The notes under the pieces are model-generated. The model ran no database searches, was not told the origin of the DNA, and saw only the letters and a list, made by a program, of their open reading frames with translations. Position numbers and translations under genes: made by a program. DNA of 54,716 bases. Source: an uncultured virus (IMG/VR IMGVR_UViG_3300032050_000032). Its lineage: Duplodnaviria > Heunggongvirae > Uroviricota > Caudoviricetes. The first letter of the stretch is position 1; every line of letters starts with the position of its first letter. Shown piece after piece: positions 36,493 through 47,023 of the stretch. The DNA is taken from IMG/VR virus record IMGVR_UViG_3300032050_000032. One strand, 5' to 3'.

Positions 36493-37770
36493 TTATTTTC
36501 CTACAATTCTTAAACCACCCGATACTACTGAAGACATTGCATCAATTTCTAATTGTGTTCTTTCACCTACTCTATTGTATGCGGATTTTTCTTTATAGTA
36601 AGATTCCGCTTCTGCGGAATATTTACGAGCCAATTCATCTTTTTTCTCTAAATCAGAAACTGATTGATTATTTTCACTACCGTAATAAACACTTGGTGTT
36701 GATGGTAATGACGTTATCGCACCTTTAGGACAAGTCATCCCAATTTTAACCCCTAAAGATTCGTTATAACTACCTTCCGATATTTTTGATGTATCATAAT
36801 AACCAGCATATTCAGATAACCAAGGTGTGTAAAAGTCATCAACCCTAATACACGCTTTATAAGTTATTTTTGTTGAGTCTTTGTTCTCAAAATATTCAAA
36901 TGAATCAAGTCCTCCATCAACACCTCCATATTCATAAAGTGATCTCCACGACCATCTTAAACAAGTATCAAATGGTAAAGGTTTGCATCCTGCTGGGTAT
37001 TCATATTTAGTTCTTTGTTTTATCCCTTGGATGTTTATTCCTCCTGAATCAAATGTAACTCCACTCATTATAGATTCTTTCATCTTATAATTCGGTGTTT
37101 TCCATTCTGTAGTATTTTTTTGTCGGTAAAAGTATTCCTTATTTCTATTATCCATGTCGGATATTCTTTGGTAATCGTACTTTTTATCTCTACCAGTATT
37201 TGTTATCTCAATGTATGATTTTGTTGGTTGACATCTATTACCATTATCATCCATATAATAATCTGTCATATTATCATACCCAACTTTATATTTATCATTT
37301 GTCCCTGAAAGTACTTGACAAGCCAACCCAAACATTCTTTTTGCACCTTCTTCGTAGTAAGGTTGATTTTTACTATGGTAAGATAATGGTTTTACACTAG
37401 GTGTCCCAAGTAAAGGTGCGGTTAAAAATTTGCCAGGTATTACAGATTTATAAGTTACTATAGTTGATTTGTCATAAACATTATATACCGAATTTTTGGG
37501 TTGATCATTCCATTCCTCGTTACCTTGAAATTCTTTTTGTTTCATACCTTTAGTAAAAGATTTAGTTAATTCTAAACCCTCAATCCTTTCAATATGATAA
37601 TCATACATATCTTTACTTACTTTACCTTTTTTGTAAAGATTGTCCCAATATTCTTTAGTATCCCTTTTATCATTTTCGGATAATAGACTACTATTTTCAC
37701 TCAAAGTTTTTCTTGAATCGTACTTCATATTAAGAAGTATTCTCTTCAATATTTCATCAGTATTATTCAT
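36493..37770 (-). CDS. Hypothetical protein
   Basis: 425 aa; leader ILKRILLNMKYDSRKTLSE. Confidence 0.8.
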   Translation of the reverse strand: MNNTDEILKRILLNMKYDSRKTLSENSSLLSENDKRDTKEYWDNLYKKGKVSKDMYDYHIERIEGLELTKSFTKGMKQKEFQGNEEWNDQPKNSVYNVYDKSTIVTYKSVIPGKFLTAPLLGTPSVKPLSYHSKNQPYYEEGAKRMFGLACQVLSGTNDKYKVGYDNMTDYYMDDNGNRCQPTKSYIEITNTGRDKKYDYQRISDMDNRNKEYFYRQKNTTEWKTPNYKMKESIMSGVTFDSGGINIQGIKQRTKYEYPAGCKPLPFDTCLRWSWRSLYEYGGVDGGLDSFEYFENKDSTKITYKACIRVDDFYTPWLSEYAGYYDTSKISEGSYNESLGVKIGMTCPKGAITSLPSTPSVYYGSENNQSVSDLEKKDELARKYSAEAESYYKEKSAYNRVGERTQLEIDAMSSVVSGGLRIVGK

Positions 37771-38018
37771 AATAATGTGTTTGCCTTACCCCTTACAAGT
37801 TTATTCAAGGACTTCCAAGTCACTTTATCGTCTATGGTATTTGCAACACTTCTAGTGAGTCCTGTTTCCCACTTTGTAACGGTAGGATATCCTTCACCAC
37901 CACCTCCTGTTGCAGCCGCTCCCCCACCTTCGTCTTGTTCACCTATTTCACCGTTATTATCATCGGTATAGGTATATTTTTTCATCAAGTAAATTAACTC
38001 GTCTAAATTTGTTTCCAT
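37767..38018 (-). CDS. Hypothetical protein
   Basis: 83-aa ORF with ATAA-type overlap to the next gene. Confidence 0.75.
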   Translation of the reverse strand: METNLDELIYLMKKYTYTDDNNGEIGEQDEGGGAAATGGGGEGYPTVTKWETGLTRSVANTIDDKVTWKSLNKLVRGKANTLL

Positions 38019-38093
38019 ATTATTTATATAAATACTTGTAGATTAAATAAATTTCCATATCTTTGTATTCATAAAATAATAAACAAATAAACT

Positions 38094-38600
38094 ATGAAAA
38101 GAATTCTTTATTTCCTCGTGTCAATTTTTCTTTTAACTTCTTGTGTTAAATACGAACAATCAACTCTTGTTAGTTTGAGTGGTGAGTATCGTATTGATAA
38201 GGTAACATACGAAGAAGTTGATAATACTTCATCAAGTAATAATATGGTTTATTACCCTGGTGATTTGTATGTAAACCCAAGTGAGAAATTTCCAATGGAT
38301 TCAATTGAAGTTGGTTTTACTCGAATTCATATGGATTATTCCATGATGAGGTTCAAACCAATTGATAATCCTGATGGTTCGGTTAATTGGACTAAAGAAT
38401 ATTATTACTATGTTCACGGACAAACCACTCAGTTTGATTTGGGGTATATCCAAGTTGACATTGATGGATCAACGAGAACATTTAAGATTGTTGATGATGG
38501 TAATGAAACATTGGTTCTTCGTACCACAGGAACTTGGGCTAACGGAAGTGCTGGTTCTAATGTATCGGTAACTTTAATTCTAACAAGAGTTGGTCCTTAA
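38094..38600 (+). CDS. Bacteroidota-type lipoprotein (lipocalin-like)
   Basis: Lipobox LLTSC, LSGEY.I segment; TATCTTTG promoter at about 38058-38065. Confidence 0.7.
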   Translation: MKRILYFLVSIFLLTSCVKYEQSTLVSLSGEYRIDKVTYEEVDNTSSSNNMVYYPGDLYVNPSEKFPMDSIEVGFTRIHMDYSMMRFKPIDNPDGSVNWTKEYYYYVHGQTTQFDLGYIQVDIDGSTRTFKIVDDGNETLVLRTTGTWANGSAGSNVSVTLILTRVGP

Positions 38601-38611
38601 TGGATCAACTC

Positions 38612-38917
38612 TTAAAATAATTCAGGTTTTGGTAATTTTGTTGGGTTAACGATATAATATTCGTTAAGGTAGGTAATTAGAGTTTCTTCATCAATTGAGT
38701 CAAAGTCATCAAAATCGTCAAAGTCATCTTCATTATCTTCATCATCAAATAAATCAAATCCTTCCTGGATTAAATTATAACCGAAATCCTCGGCTTCATC
38801 TATATTAATGATATCGTTTCTAACCTCGTCGTCGTTGTCGTTCATCAATCTGAAGGAAACCTCTAATCTCCTTGATCCCTCGTGTATGTAGTATGATACT
38901 ATTTCGTTAATTTCCAT
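38612..38917 (-). CDS. Acidic hypothetical protein
   Basis: 101-aa ORF. Confidence 0.75.
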   Translation of the reverse strand: MEINEIVSYYIHEGSRRLEVSFRLMNDNDDEVRNDIINIDEAEDFGYNLIQEGFDLFDDEDNEDDFDDFDDFDSIDEETLITYLNEYYIVNPTKLPKPELF

Positions 38918-38956
38918 TTGAGTAAAGATTAACTAATTAATGTTTAAAAGAAATAA

Positions 38957-39655
38957 TTAATTATATTTTTTAAATCTTCTAAACATATCCAATGATTCAT
39001 TCAACTTTTCTGTAAACTCAGGTAGGATTTCATCATCCACCTCATCAGAGAAATTATCTTCAAATATTGGTTCAAAATCATCATCATCCTCAAAGTCCTC
39101 ACCGTAATTAAAATCATCGTTATAATTATCGTTAAATTCCTCAAAATCGTCATCTTCCATTTCAGGATCAATTAATCTTGTTCCTTCATAATCAGACATT
39201 CCGTGTCCAAATACTTTTGGTAAATCTCTATAATCTTTAGATGAATAATCATCATAACGGTTTTTCATTTCCGGACTATCCCAACCTTCTTCCATTTCAC
39301 CACCACATTCGTGACAGTCATCATCACTCAATCCTAATGAAATGAATTCAATACCTTCATCTTCCCAGTTTGACTCATCATCAATATCAACGGTTCCATT
39401 AATTAAATCATCATCACCGTCACCAATCATGTCCAAACCTGAGTGAGACTCGTTGATGTTCATATTTGTATAGGTTTTAACCTCACCTTTATTAGATACG
39501 GTAATTCCGTTCTTATCGTTAGCAAAATCTTGAACATATAAAGGTTGTTCATTACTTTGTCCATATTGGGTAACATATCCGTCATAAACGGTTTTATGTT
39601 GGTTAAGAATATTTTCTTTCTCCTCTTTTGTTATTCCGAAAAAATATTGTGCCAT
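38957..39655 (-). CDS. Acidic hypothetical protein with ITKEEK leader
   Basis: 232 aa, D/E-rich. Confidence 0.75.
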   Translation of the reverse strand: MAQYFFGITKEEKENILNQHKTVYDGYVTQYGQSNEQPLYVQDFANDKNGITVSNKGEVKTYTNMNINESHSGLDMIGDGDDDLINGTVDIDDESNWEDEGIEFISLGLSDDDCHECGGEMEEGWDSPEMKNRYDDYSSKDYRDLPKVFGHGMSDYEGTRLIDPEMEDDDFEEFNDNYNDDFNYGEDFEDDDDFEPIFEDNFSDEVDDEILPEFTEKLNESLDMFRRFKKYN

Positions 39656-39680
39656 AATTTTAGTTTTTATATAAATATCA

Positions 39681-40340
39681 TTAATGATTTAAATGCCCTC
39701 CAGCCATTTTTGTATATGCCATTAACATTTTTCTTGCATATTCCTCAATTTGTCTTGATGCCCTTCTTGGGGTTACCTCCTGATTAGTTTTTTCAAGAAT
39801 TTTAATTGCCCCTTGAATCATCTCATCTTTTATCTCATCTGCCATATCAAGAACCCTCTCAAACGCCTCCTCTCTTTCTCCATCAAAATCTTCATAATGA
39901 TGTTGATGTGCAATTCGTTCTCTACCCATATAAAGATATGGTGCCGCACCTAACATATTTGTAACACCAGACTCTCTTAAAGCTTTTAAGTATTGATGTA
40001 ATAATCTAACATTAAAATTTCTAAATAAGTCTAAGTTTTGTTGAAAGAAGTTTTCTTTTAAAAAATTCTTTTTTGTGGTTACAAAAACAGATTCATCGGT
40101 TTTTTTCCTTCTTCTATTTAACATATCCTCTTCCTTCATCCATTTATCCGCACCATCAATAAGTGCCAGTTTGGATCCGTTATCCCAACTAACATTATAT
40201 TGTTTTTCACCAAAAACAACACTAACATGGGTTACTGTTCCCGGTATTCCTGTTGGGACTGCAGCGTATTCATCATCCATTGAGATACATATAACTCTAT
40301 CTCCTTTTGATAATTCAGGGTTTAAATTTAATCTTGCCAT
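39681..40340 (-). CDS. DUF4314-like + DUF5049-like fusion protein
   Basis: GDRV...M.D...P.G..GTV..V....V.WDNGS.L.L and LRESGVTNM motifs. Confidence 0.6.
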   Translation of the reverse strand: MARLNLNPELSKGDRVICISMDDEYAAVPTGIPGTVTHVSVVFGEKQYNVSWDNGSKLALIDGADKWMKEEDMLNRRRKKTDESVFVTTKKNFLKENFFQQNLDLFRNFNVRLLHQYLKALRESGVTNMLGAAPYLYMGRERIAHQHHYEDFDGEREEAFERVLDMADEIKDEMIQGAIKILEKTNQEVTPRRASRQIEEYARKMLMAYTKMAGGHLNH

Positions 40341-40377
40341 ACACAAATAAATATACGATATATTTATTATTGTAATT

Positions 40378-40998
40378 ATGAAAGTAGTAATATCAGAAAA
40401 TCAGAATAAATTATTGTTAACCGAAGGTTTATCTGAGAAGATTTTGAAGAGTTATAAGTCAATGGGTGAGTTTACTGAAAAGGTTTTAAAGGAAGCTAAA
40501 ACGGTAACAGGACTTGATTTTGGATTCTTATTAAGTTGGGGATCAACCCTTGGCGGTTTAATGATGCCAGTAACAAAATTTATTGAGGGTGAACATCCTG
40601 AATTAACAAGTCTTGATTTATCTTTACTTGTTACGGGAGTTATGGTTACTTATTACACCTCAAACAAAAAGGCTTTGGTAAAAATACTTTCTGAGATTAA
40701 AGAAAGGGGATTAGTTGAGGTATTTGATAAGATGTTATCTGCGGCAAATAATCTTAAAGATACTTTTTTATCCTTTGTAGAAAGTTTGAATATAACGATG
40801 TTCAAAGTATCTAATATGTTGGCATATACATTTTTAATTCCGATATTACCTCAATTGTATGAAATGGCTCAAATGGGATTCGATCAAACAACTATTAATC
40901 AAATTATAAAAAGACTATTAAGTTATGGTGTGATTATCGGATCAAGTATTATTGTTAGAGAGGTAATCAGAAAAATTATTAATAGATTCAGAAATTAA
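40378..40998 (+). CDS. Membrane protein with ISE leader
   Basis: Several hydrophobic segments. Confidence 0.7.
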   Translation: MKVVISENQNKLLLTEGLSEKILKSYKSMGEFTEKVLKEAKTVTGLDFGFLLSWGSTLGGLMMPVTKFIEGEHPELTSLDLSLLVTGVMVTYYTSNKKALVKILSEIKERGLVEVFDKMLSAANNLKDTFLSFVESLNITMFKVSNMLAYTFLIPILPQLYEMAQMGFDQTTINQIIKRLLSYGVIIGSSIIVREVIRKIINRFRN

Positions 40999-41378
40999 AT
41001 ATGTAATAGGAAATGAATAGTGTAATTTAAAGTTCCGTACCTATTCTCAAAATTTAGATATTCAACCATACCCCCATTATAATCATTTTGATAAGAACGA
41101 TTCAAGTTTAAATGTTCATCTAATTTAATTTTTTTAAATATATTACGCATTTTAGTATCTAAATCATTAAAGATTTCAATAAACTCTTCTAACAAACCAT
41201 CAACCTCAAAATCATTACTAATATAAATTGATAATGAGTATATCTCTCCATTAATTGAATTCATGTCCACCTCAAAATCAATTCTATCTTCAATACCACC
41301 AATTGAAAGTATCAAGTATTTAATTTTGTCAAGTTTTTTTATTAGTTCGGGATTATATGTTTCCGTATAGTGCGCCAT
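40995..41378 (-). CDS. Hypothetical protein
   Basis: 127-aa ORF. Confidence 0.7.
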   Translation of the reverse strand: MAHYTETYNPELIKKLDKIKYLILSIGGIEDRIDFEVDMNSINGEIYSLSIYISNDFEVDGLLEEFIEIFNDLDTKMRNIFKKIKLDEHLNLNRSYQNDYNGGMVEYLNFENRYGTLNYTIHFLLHI

Positions 41379-41977
41379 TATTTTCTATAATTTAAAATTT
41401 TATCCACAACAATCTCAACTTCATTATTATTTAATTGATGTAGTTCTTTGTGGGTATCAAACCAATTTTTAACCACTTTATTAAATGGTTTTTTTGTTAA
41501 CCTGGACAACCTCTTAAATCCAAAGTATTGGGAGTCTATTTCATGAGGTTGAGTATAGTACTCCAAAGGAGATTCGGGTTCCTCAACATCTAAATCAAAT
41601 AAACCTAATTTGTGTTGTTTTAGATGTCTTAATTCGTGAGCAATTAATTCGTTAAGTTCACCAATTAATTTATATAAAATATTATTTTTATCGTTTTTAC
41701 CATATTGGATTTTAACCATTATGGTTTCATCATCTCTCACATAAGACGCATTTACACCATATTTACCATATTCAATAATTACATCAACAGAGAACGGATT
41801 TAACTTATTGAACTCGTAAACCATGGAATCATCATCTTCAAAGTATTCAGGCAAATAAAATTCTCCTTCATCTTCATTTTTAACCACAGATATTATATCT
41901 CTAACTATTTTACGAATTGGTTCTCTCATCCTATTGTCTTCATTGATTATTTTTCGTATTGTTTCCTTGATATTCAT
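41378..41977 (-). CDS. HExxH Zn-metalloprotease-like protein
   Basis: AHELRH...YY..P.EIDS. Confidence 0.65.
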   Translation of the reverse strand: MNIKETIRKIINEDNRMREPIRKIVRDIISVVKNEDEGEFYLPEYFEDDDSMVYEFNKLNPFSVDVIIEYGKYGVNASYVRDDETIMVKIQYGKNDKNNILYKLIGELNELIAHELRHLKQHKLGLFDLDVEEPESPLEYYTQPHEIDSQYFGFKRLSRLTKKPFNKVVKNWFDTHKELHQLNNNEVEIVVDKILNYRK

Positions 41978-42046
41978 ACTAATAAATATAACGTTTATTT
42001 TTCTTATAAATTTGAATTGTTAACTTTTAATTATTATACTTAATCA

Positions 42047-42463
42047 ATGGAATTATTAAACACTCACCCAATTAAAAAATCAGACTTAGGATTTCACGGA
42101 AATTTATTCGGTGGAAAACTTTTGGCTTGGATTGATGCTGCAGCGGCTGGATACTCAATGCAATTATGTGATTCGCCAAGAATGGTTACAGTATCTATTG
42201 ATAAATGTAATTTTGAAAAACCGGCGAAAGAAGGACAACTATTAAAAATATATGGTTATCCATCTAAAATAGGTACAACATCAATTACACTTTATATGGA
42301 GGCGAGAGCTCACGATGTTTACACGGGAAATCAAGTTATCGTATTAAAAACAAATATCAGATTTGTTCAAATAAGTGAATATGGAAACCCAATTCCGATT
42401 GGTGAAAAAGGAAAAAACAGAATAAATAAACTAATAGAAGGTAAGTATGAGCAAGAAGTTTGA
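42047..42463 (+). CDS. Acyl-CoA thioesterase (hotdog fold, YciA-like)
   Basis: D...HGNLFGG.LL.WID.AA, VTVS.D...F.KP. Confidence 0.9.
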   Translation: MELLNTHPIKKSDLGFHGNLFGGKLLAWIDAAAAGYSMQLCDSPRMVTVSIDKCNFEKPAKEGQLLKIYGYPSKIGTTSITLYMEARAHDVYTGNQVIVLKTNIRFVQISEYGNPIPIGEKGKNRINKLIEGKYEQEV

Positions 42464-43406
42464 TTTTGATAAAATAACATTAATCCCACAGTACAGTTAT
42501 GTATACACAAGATCAGATTGTGATACATCTGTAAAATTTGGTGGTTACAAATTTAAACTTCCTGTGATTCCCGCAAACATGGAAAGTATCATTGATGAAA
42601 AATTGGCAATTGAGTTAGCAAGGAATGGATATTTTTACATCTTACACAGATTTGAGATTGATGAAGTTTCATTTATTAGAAATATGAAACAACAAAACTT
42701 ACTTTCATCAATATCTATTGGTGTTAATGATGATTCGTACTCATTAGTTGAGGAACTGATTGATGAAGATTTAATACCTGAGTTTGTTACCGTCGATATT
42801 GCTCACGGACATTGTATTAAGATGAAGAGAATGATTGAGTTTCTTCGTAAGAAATTACCTCATACATTTATTATTGGTGGTAATGTTTGCACACCTGAAG
42901 CGGTTAAAGATTTAGAAGAATGGGGATGTGACTCAGTTAAAGTAGGTATAGGTGGTGGATCCGCTTGTACGACATATCACTCAACAGGTTTCGGTAATCG
43001 TGGTTGGCAAGCAAGTATGATACGAGATTGTGCCAGAATTGCGAAAAAACAAATTATTGCAGATGGATCAATTAAAGAACATTCTGACATTGTTAAAAGT
43101 CTTGTTTTAGGAGGTTCAATGGTTATGGTTGGTGGAATGCTTGCGGGGTATAAAGAATCACCAGGTAAATTAATCCAAATCAATGATAAATGGCATAAAA
43201 CTTTTTGGGGTTCGGCATCTTCAGAACAATCAGGAAAAGAAAATAGAATTGAGGGAATTAAAAAATATATTCCTTATAAAGAAGAATCTATTTTTATCAA
43301 ATTAAAACAAATTGAGGAATCTTTACAAAGTGCGATATCATATGCTGGCGGAAACCCCTCAAATTTAAGTTCCCTTATGTTCGTTGATTATGTGGTGGTT
43401 GAATAA
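42447..43406 (+). CDS. guaC: GMP reductase
   Basis: DIAHGH, GNV.T, KVGIGGGSAC.T, IIADG, FWGSAS, LQSAISYAG. Confidence 0.88.
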   Translation: MSKKFDFDKITLIPQYSYVYTRSDCDTSVKFGGYKFKLPVIPANMESIIDEKLAIELARNGYFYILHRFEIDEVSFIRNMKQQNLLSSISIGVNDDSYSLVEELIDEDLIPEFVTVDIAHGHCIKMKRMIEFLRKKLPHTFIIGGNVCTPEAVKDLEEWGCDSVKVGIGGGSACTTYHSTGFGNRGWQASMIRDCARIAKKQIIADGSIKEHSDIVKSLVLGGSMVMVGGMLAGYKESPGKLIQINDKWHKTFWGSASSEQSGKENRIEGIKKYIPYKEESIFIKLKQIEESLQSAISYAGGNPSNLSSLMFVDYVVVE

Positions 43407-44411
43407 TCAAAGTTCTTTGATTTTAATAACTAAATCACCACTACCTCTAATCACTCTATGATAGATCTCGGAGGGGATGGTAAATCTGTCCCCTTCTTTT
43501 AATGTTCTCGGTAATTCATTGTCCGTTTGGAATTTCCATCCACTACCTTTTACGACTTCAACAATTCTGTCTCTTTCATCACGATGCCATTTTAATTCGT
43601 GGTTATCAATATTCTTATCAAAAACTCTGGTTTTTATCCCATCCTTAGTTGTTTGTTTAAATGGTAATGTTGATTCATCAAGTTTTCTACCCAACCATTT
43701 TAATTCCCAACCTAAATTTTGTTTATGACTTTCAATTGTTGAACTACTACCCCCTTTTATTTCTGCATTACCTAATTGAGGAATTCCGTCTTTTAACATA
43801 GGTATCATTTTTTTAATTTGGGTATTAGATATATCCGAATCATTTTGAGTAAATGGTTTTTTGAATAAGGCAATTATCCTAACACTTAATCCGTCGTGAT
43901 GTTTTTCTTTACCTACAATAGCGGTATACCCAACAAAATTTTCACTTTTTAATGGTTTAAATTTTGATAAGAATTTATTGATTCTATTTTCCATCTTTTG
44001 GAAATACTCTTCGGTATATTTTTCTTCTTTAATTATCATCTTTTGCTCAGGTAGAAATTTTCTTACTTGGGGTATTAATTCGTCCTCATATCTCTTATAT
44101 TCTTCCTTTGTTTTAACGTGAACATCTCCAATGGCATCTGAAAGAACTGGAAGTATCATTTTTATTCTTTGGATTAATTCATACCCATGTTTTATCGCCG
44201 ATTTCTTACCTTCATAAGTTATGTATTTATTAAAATTATAAAACAGATTTATGGTGTAATTTTTCACAAATCTATTCCATAAAATATATGGTTCTATTTT
44301 AATAAATTTTAAATCATCATCATCTATTATATACTCAAATGGTTCATAACCATCAATAATTTTTTTTATTGATGATTCTAACCTATCAATCATTTTTTTA
44401 GTTAATTTCAT
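43407..44411 (-). CDS. Multi-module protein with C-terminal cupin domain
   Basis: WHRD...W..Q.D..LP...IP...YHRVI. Confidence 0.65.
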   Translation of the reverse strand: MKLTKKMIDRLESSIKKIIDGYEPFEYIIDDDDLKFIKIEPYILWNRFVKNYTINLFYNFNKYITYEGKKSAIKHGYELIQRIKMILPVLSDAIGDVHVKTKEEYKRYEDELIPQVRKFLPEQKMIIKEEKYTEEYFQKMENRINKFLSKFKPLKSENFVGYTAIVGKEKHHDGLSVRIIALFKKPFTQNDSDISNTQIKKMIPMLKDGIPQLGNAEIKGGSSSTIESHKQNLGWELKWLGRKLDESTLPFKQTTKDGIKTRVFDKNIDNHELKWHRDERDRIVEVVKGSGWKFQTDNELPRTLKEGDRFTIPSEIYHRVIRGSGDLVIKIKEL

Positions 44412-44414
44412 AAA

Positions 44415-45047
44415 TCACCAATAACCTCCATATGTTTTACCACCCCACAGGTGTCCATAACGATTAATTCTACAAGCCCAATAACCAGCTTTCATTCTAT
44501 CTTTCTTATCTTTACATTTGTGTCTTGCCGCAAAACTTCTTCTCGCTTCAGGGTTAGACACCTTAGCGGTTAATCCTCCATGTACATCACCAAATGTGAT
44601 TTTTTTGATTTTACCTGTCGATGGGTTCTTAACATATACTTTATACTTTTTACCACCACCAGAGTTTCTCATTGGGTAACCAACTTTAACTTTTTTACCT
44701 TGATATTCAGCTTCAGATAATAGTTCTTCCTCAGTCATTAAATAAGGACAATCCAATGAAACATATTCACCTGAAGATAGTTTAACCATCTTACCTAAAT
44801 CAGTTTCAATTAACCATTTGTCTGATCTATTTAATTGAATTGATCCGTTATTATATAAATCTCTAACTTCACAAACCAAATTAAAATAGCTATCCGAATA
44901 TGGTCTAAAAACACTTTCAGATAAAGTAATTTTATTATTAATATGGTAATCCAAATTCTTAGATATTTTAACATTTTCAGTTAAAACCATATTAGGTATA
45001 AAAGTTTCAGAAATAACTCTTCTAACAATCTGTTTAATATTATTCAT
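44415..45047 (-). CDS. Conserved hypothetical phage protein
   Basis: Basic C-terminal domain FGD...ARH.C....GYWAC; leader IVRRVISE. Confidence 0.7.
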   Translation of the reverse strand: MNNIKQIVRRVISETFIPNMVLTENVKISKNLDYHINNKITLSESVFRPYSDSYFNLVCEVRDLYNNGSIQLNRSDKWLIETDLGKMVKLSSGEYVSLDCPYLMTEEELLSEAEYQGKKVKVGYPMRNSGGGKKYKVYVKNPSTGKIKKITFGDVHGGLTAKVSNPEARRSFAARHKCKDKKDRMKAGYWACRINRYGHLWGGKTYGGYW

Positions 45048-45111
45048 TTTTCAGGTATATTTATATTTATAAATACAATAATGTTTGATATTTATATTAA
45101 AAAGTTACACT

Positions 45112-45639
45112 ATGAGAAGATTAGTTAAAGAAAGTGATATTAGAAAAGCACTATATAAAATCATCAAAGAAGATGATAGCATGAGTTCCGCAGAAAAGAA
45201 AAAAGTTAAACCAAGATGTATTCCTGAGAATATAATTCAGTTGGATGAAATCGTTGGGGATTCTGAGGAATTTGCAAAATACTCACCAGGAGTTACAAAA
45301 AGAAATAGAGGTGTTAATGGATTTGTTGATACATTGGGTATATTAAACAATATTAGATTGTTTAAGGACATTAAAGATGGTGGAGAACACTTGGCTTACG
45401 AAATGATGAATAATCTCAACAGATTCAGAAATAAGAACTATTATGATGAAACTAGTGGGGATTGTCATAAAGCAATGGATAAAGTCATTGAATTATATAA
45501 AGAAAACGAGCACGGTACTGAATTAGTTAAAGATATTGAAAAGATATTGAATCTACAGGTTAAAGAGGACGAGTATACTCCATCCCCAAGAACTAAAGAG
45601 TACTTAAAACAATGTGTTAATTTAGTTAAAGGACAATAA
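45112..45639 (+). CDS. Hypothetical protein with VKE leader
   Basis: Start at MRRLVKESDIRKALYKIIKE. Confidence 0.75.
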   Translation: MRRLVKESDIRKALYKIIKEDDSMSSAEKKKVKPRCIPENIIQLDEIVGDSEEFAKYSPGVTKRNRGVNGFVDTLGILNNIRLFKDIKDGGEHLAYEMMNNLNRFRNKNYYDETSGDCHKAMDKVIELYKENEHGTELVKDIEKILNLQVKEDEYTPSPRTKEYLKQCVNLVKGQ

Positions 45640-45800
45640 GAATTTAATTAGGACCGTTGTCGTTAAGGCAACACCAAAAAGGGACAATTCGCTACTGTCC
45701 CTTTTTTTATTGGTTAAAAATTCGTTTAGTATATTATATCAAATATTAAAGTAAATAGTTTTTGGTATTTTTTTTAATATTTATATATAAAACAAGTATT

Positions 45801-46064
45801 ATGAAAAAATTTTTTAATCAGTTGTTTTGTGACAACAATTCTATTAACGAAAAATCTGTAGTAGGGTTTATCGCATTTTTAATGATGTGTTTATTTGCTG
45901 GTGCAGATATTATCACAGGTTTTATGGGAGCACCATTGGTGGTTAATGAATTTATCTTTAATTCATTCTTAATTTTAGTATTAGGTTCATTTGCTATTGG
46001 TTCTGTTGATAAATTTATCAATAAGAAACACGGATCAGAGGACGAAGAGACACCTGAAGGATAA
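45801..46064 (+). CDS. Two-TM membrane protein
   Basis: Start MKKFFNQ; two hydrophobic helices; terminator at about 46086-46111. Confidence 0.7.
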   Translation: MKKFFNQLFCDNNSINEKSVVGFIAFLMMCLFAGADIITGFMGAPLVVNEFIFNSFLILVLGSFAIGSVDKFINKKHGSEDEETPEG

Positions 46065-46349
46065 ATTATTAGTTTTTTATGTAATCCCCACTCAAAAGGT
46101 GGGGTTTTTTATAACCTAAACTTAATGTTATCGTAACACACTTTATAAGTTTTTTTACTATATATTGTTGATATGATAGGATTTATAATATTTTTTGGTT
46201 TTACGGTTACATTGTTTTGTAAAACAGTTATTAACGACAGGAGAGAATACCTTGAATGGTATAGAAAATGTGATCACACCTTAAAGAGGTAATTTGGTTT
46301 TTATTGATATTTTTACTATATTTGTGAACCAAACACAAAATAATAAGAT

Positions 46350-46505
46350 ATGAGTTCAAAAAACACCAAGAAATTACCAGAACAAGTTAAATTTGAGAGA
46401 GTTTTCACTTATGACGACTGTACTGTTATATGGAAATATGACAATTTAAAGACAAATACTGGACCATATGAGGTAGAGGTTAAATACCTGAAGAAAAAGC
46501 CTTAA
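46350..46505 (+). CDS. Small hypothetical protein (51 aa)
   Basis: Translated by hand: MSSKNTKKLPEQVKFERVF...; TATATTTG promoter upstream. Confidence 0.6.
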   Translation: MSSKNTKKLPEQVKFERVFTYDDCTVIWKYDNLKTNTGPYEVEVKYLKKKP

Positions 46506-46721
46506 ATAAGGTATTCTTTTATACGGTAGTTTTACCTATAAAATCAATGATTTTTGATGAAAAATAGGGTAAAATACCATTTAAATAGGGTTAAAAACCG
46601 ACAAAAAATCACCATAATATGTCAAATTTTGACTATAAATGATAAAAAAAACATCAATTTTGACAAAAAAACGGGTTTTTTTAGTAAAAATAGGTTAAAT
46701 TAACACTAAAAATGGGGTTTT

Positions 46722-46973
46722 TTAGTGTTTTTTATGTGATTTTCCTAATAAATCTTGTAAATTTTTTAAATTTTCACTAAAATCTTTAGGAAAATTAAGA
46801 TTTTGTCTTAAAATATCACTATCAAAGGGAAAATTTTGATTTTTTGTGTAATTATTCATTTTTTTTACCATAGAAAACAGTTCTCTACCGTATTTTCTCC
46901 ACCAAATGAACAAACCTATTGAAAATACACTTAAAACAAGTGTAAAAACGATTAAAACCACTATTAATACCAT
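46722..46973 (-). CDS. Small single-TM protein
   Basis: 83 aa, N-terminal TM. Confidence 0.5.
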   Translation of the reverse strand: MVLIVVLIVFTLVLSVFSIGLFIWWRKYGRELFSMVKKMNNYTKNQNFPFDSDILRQNLNFPKDFSENLKNLQDLLGKSHKKH

Positions 46974-47023
46974 ATTTTTTAAATTTATAGGGTAATTATA
47001 GTGGTTTTAACCTAAATTGTCAA

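Noticed and set aside
45649..45708. Riboswitch in the small hairpin before the terminator
   Set aside because: Explained adequately as a terminator after 45112-45639; no aptamer consensus recognised
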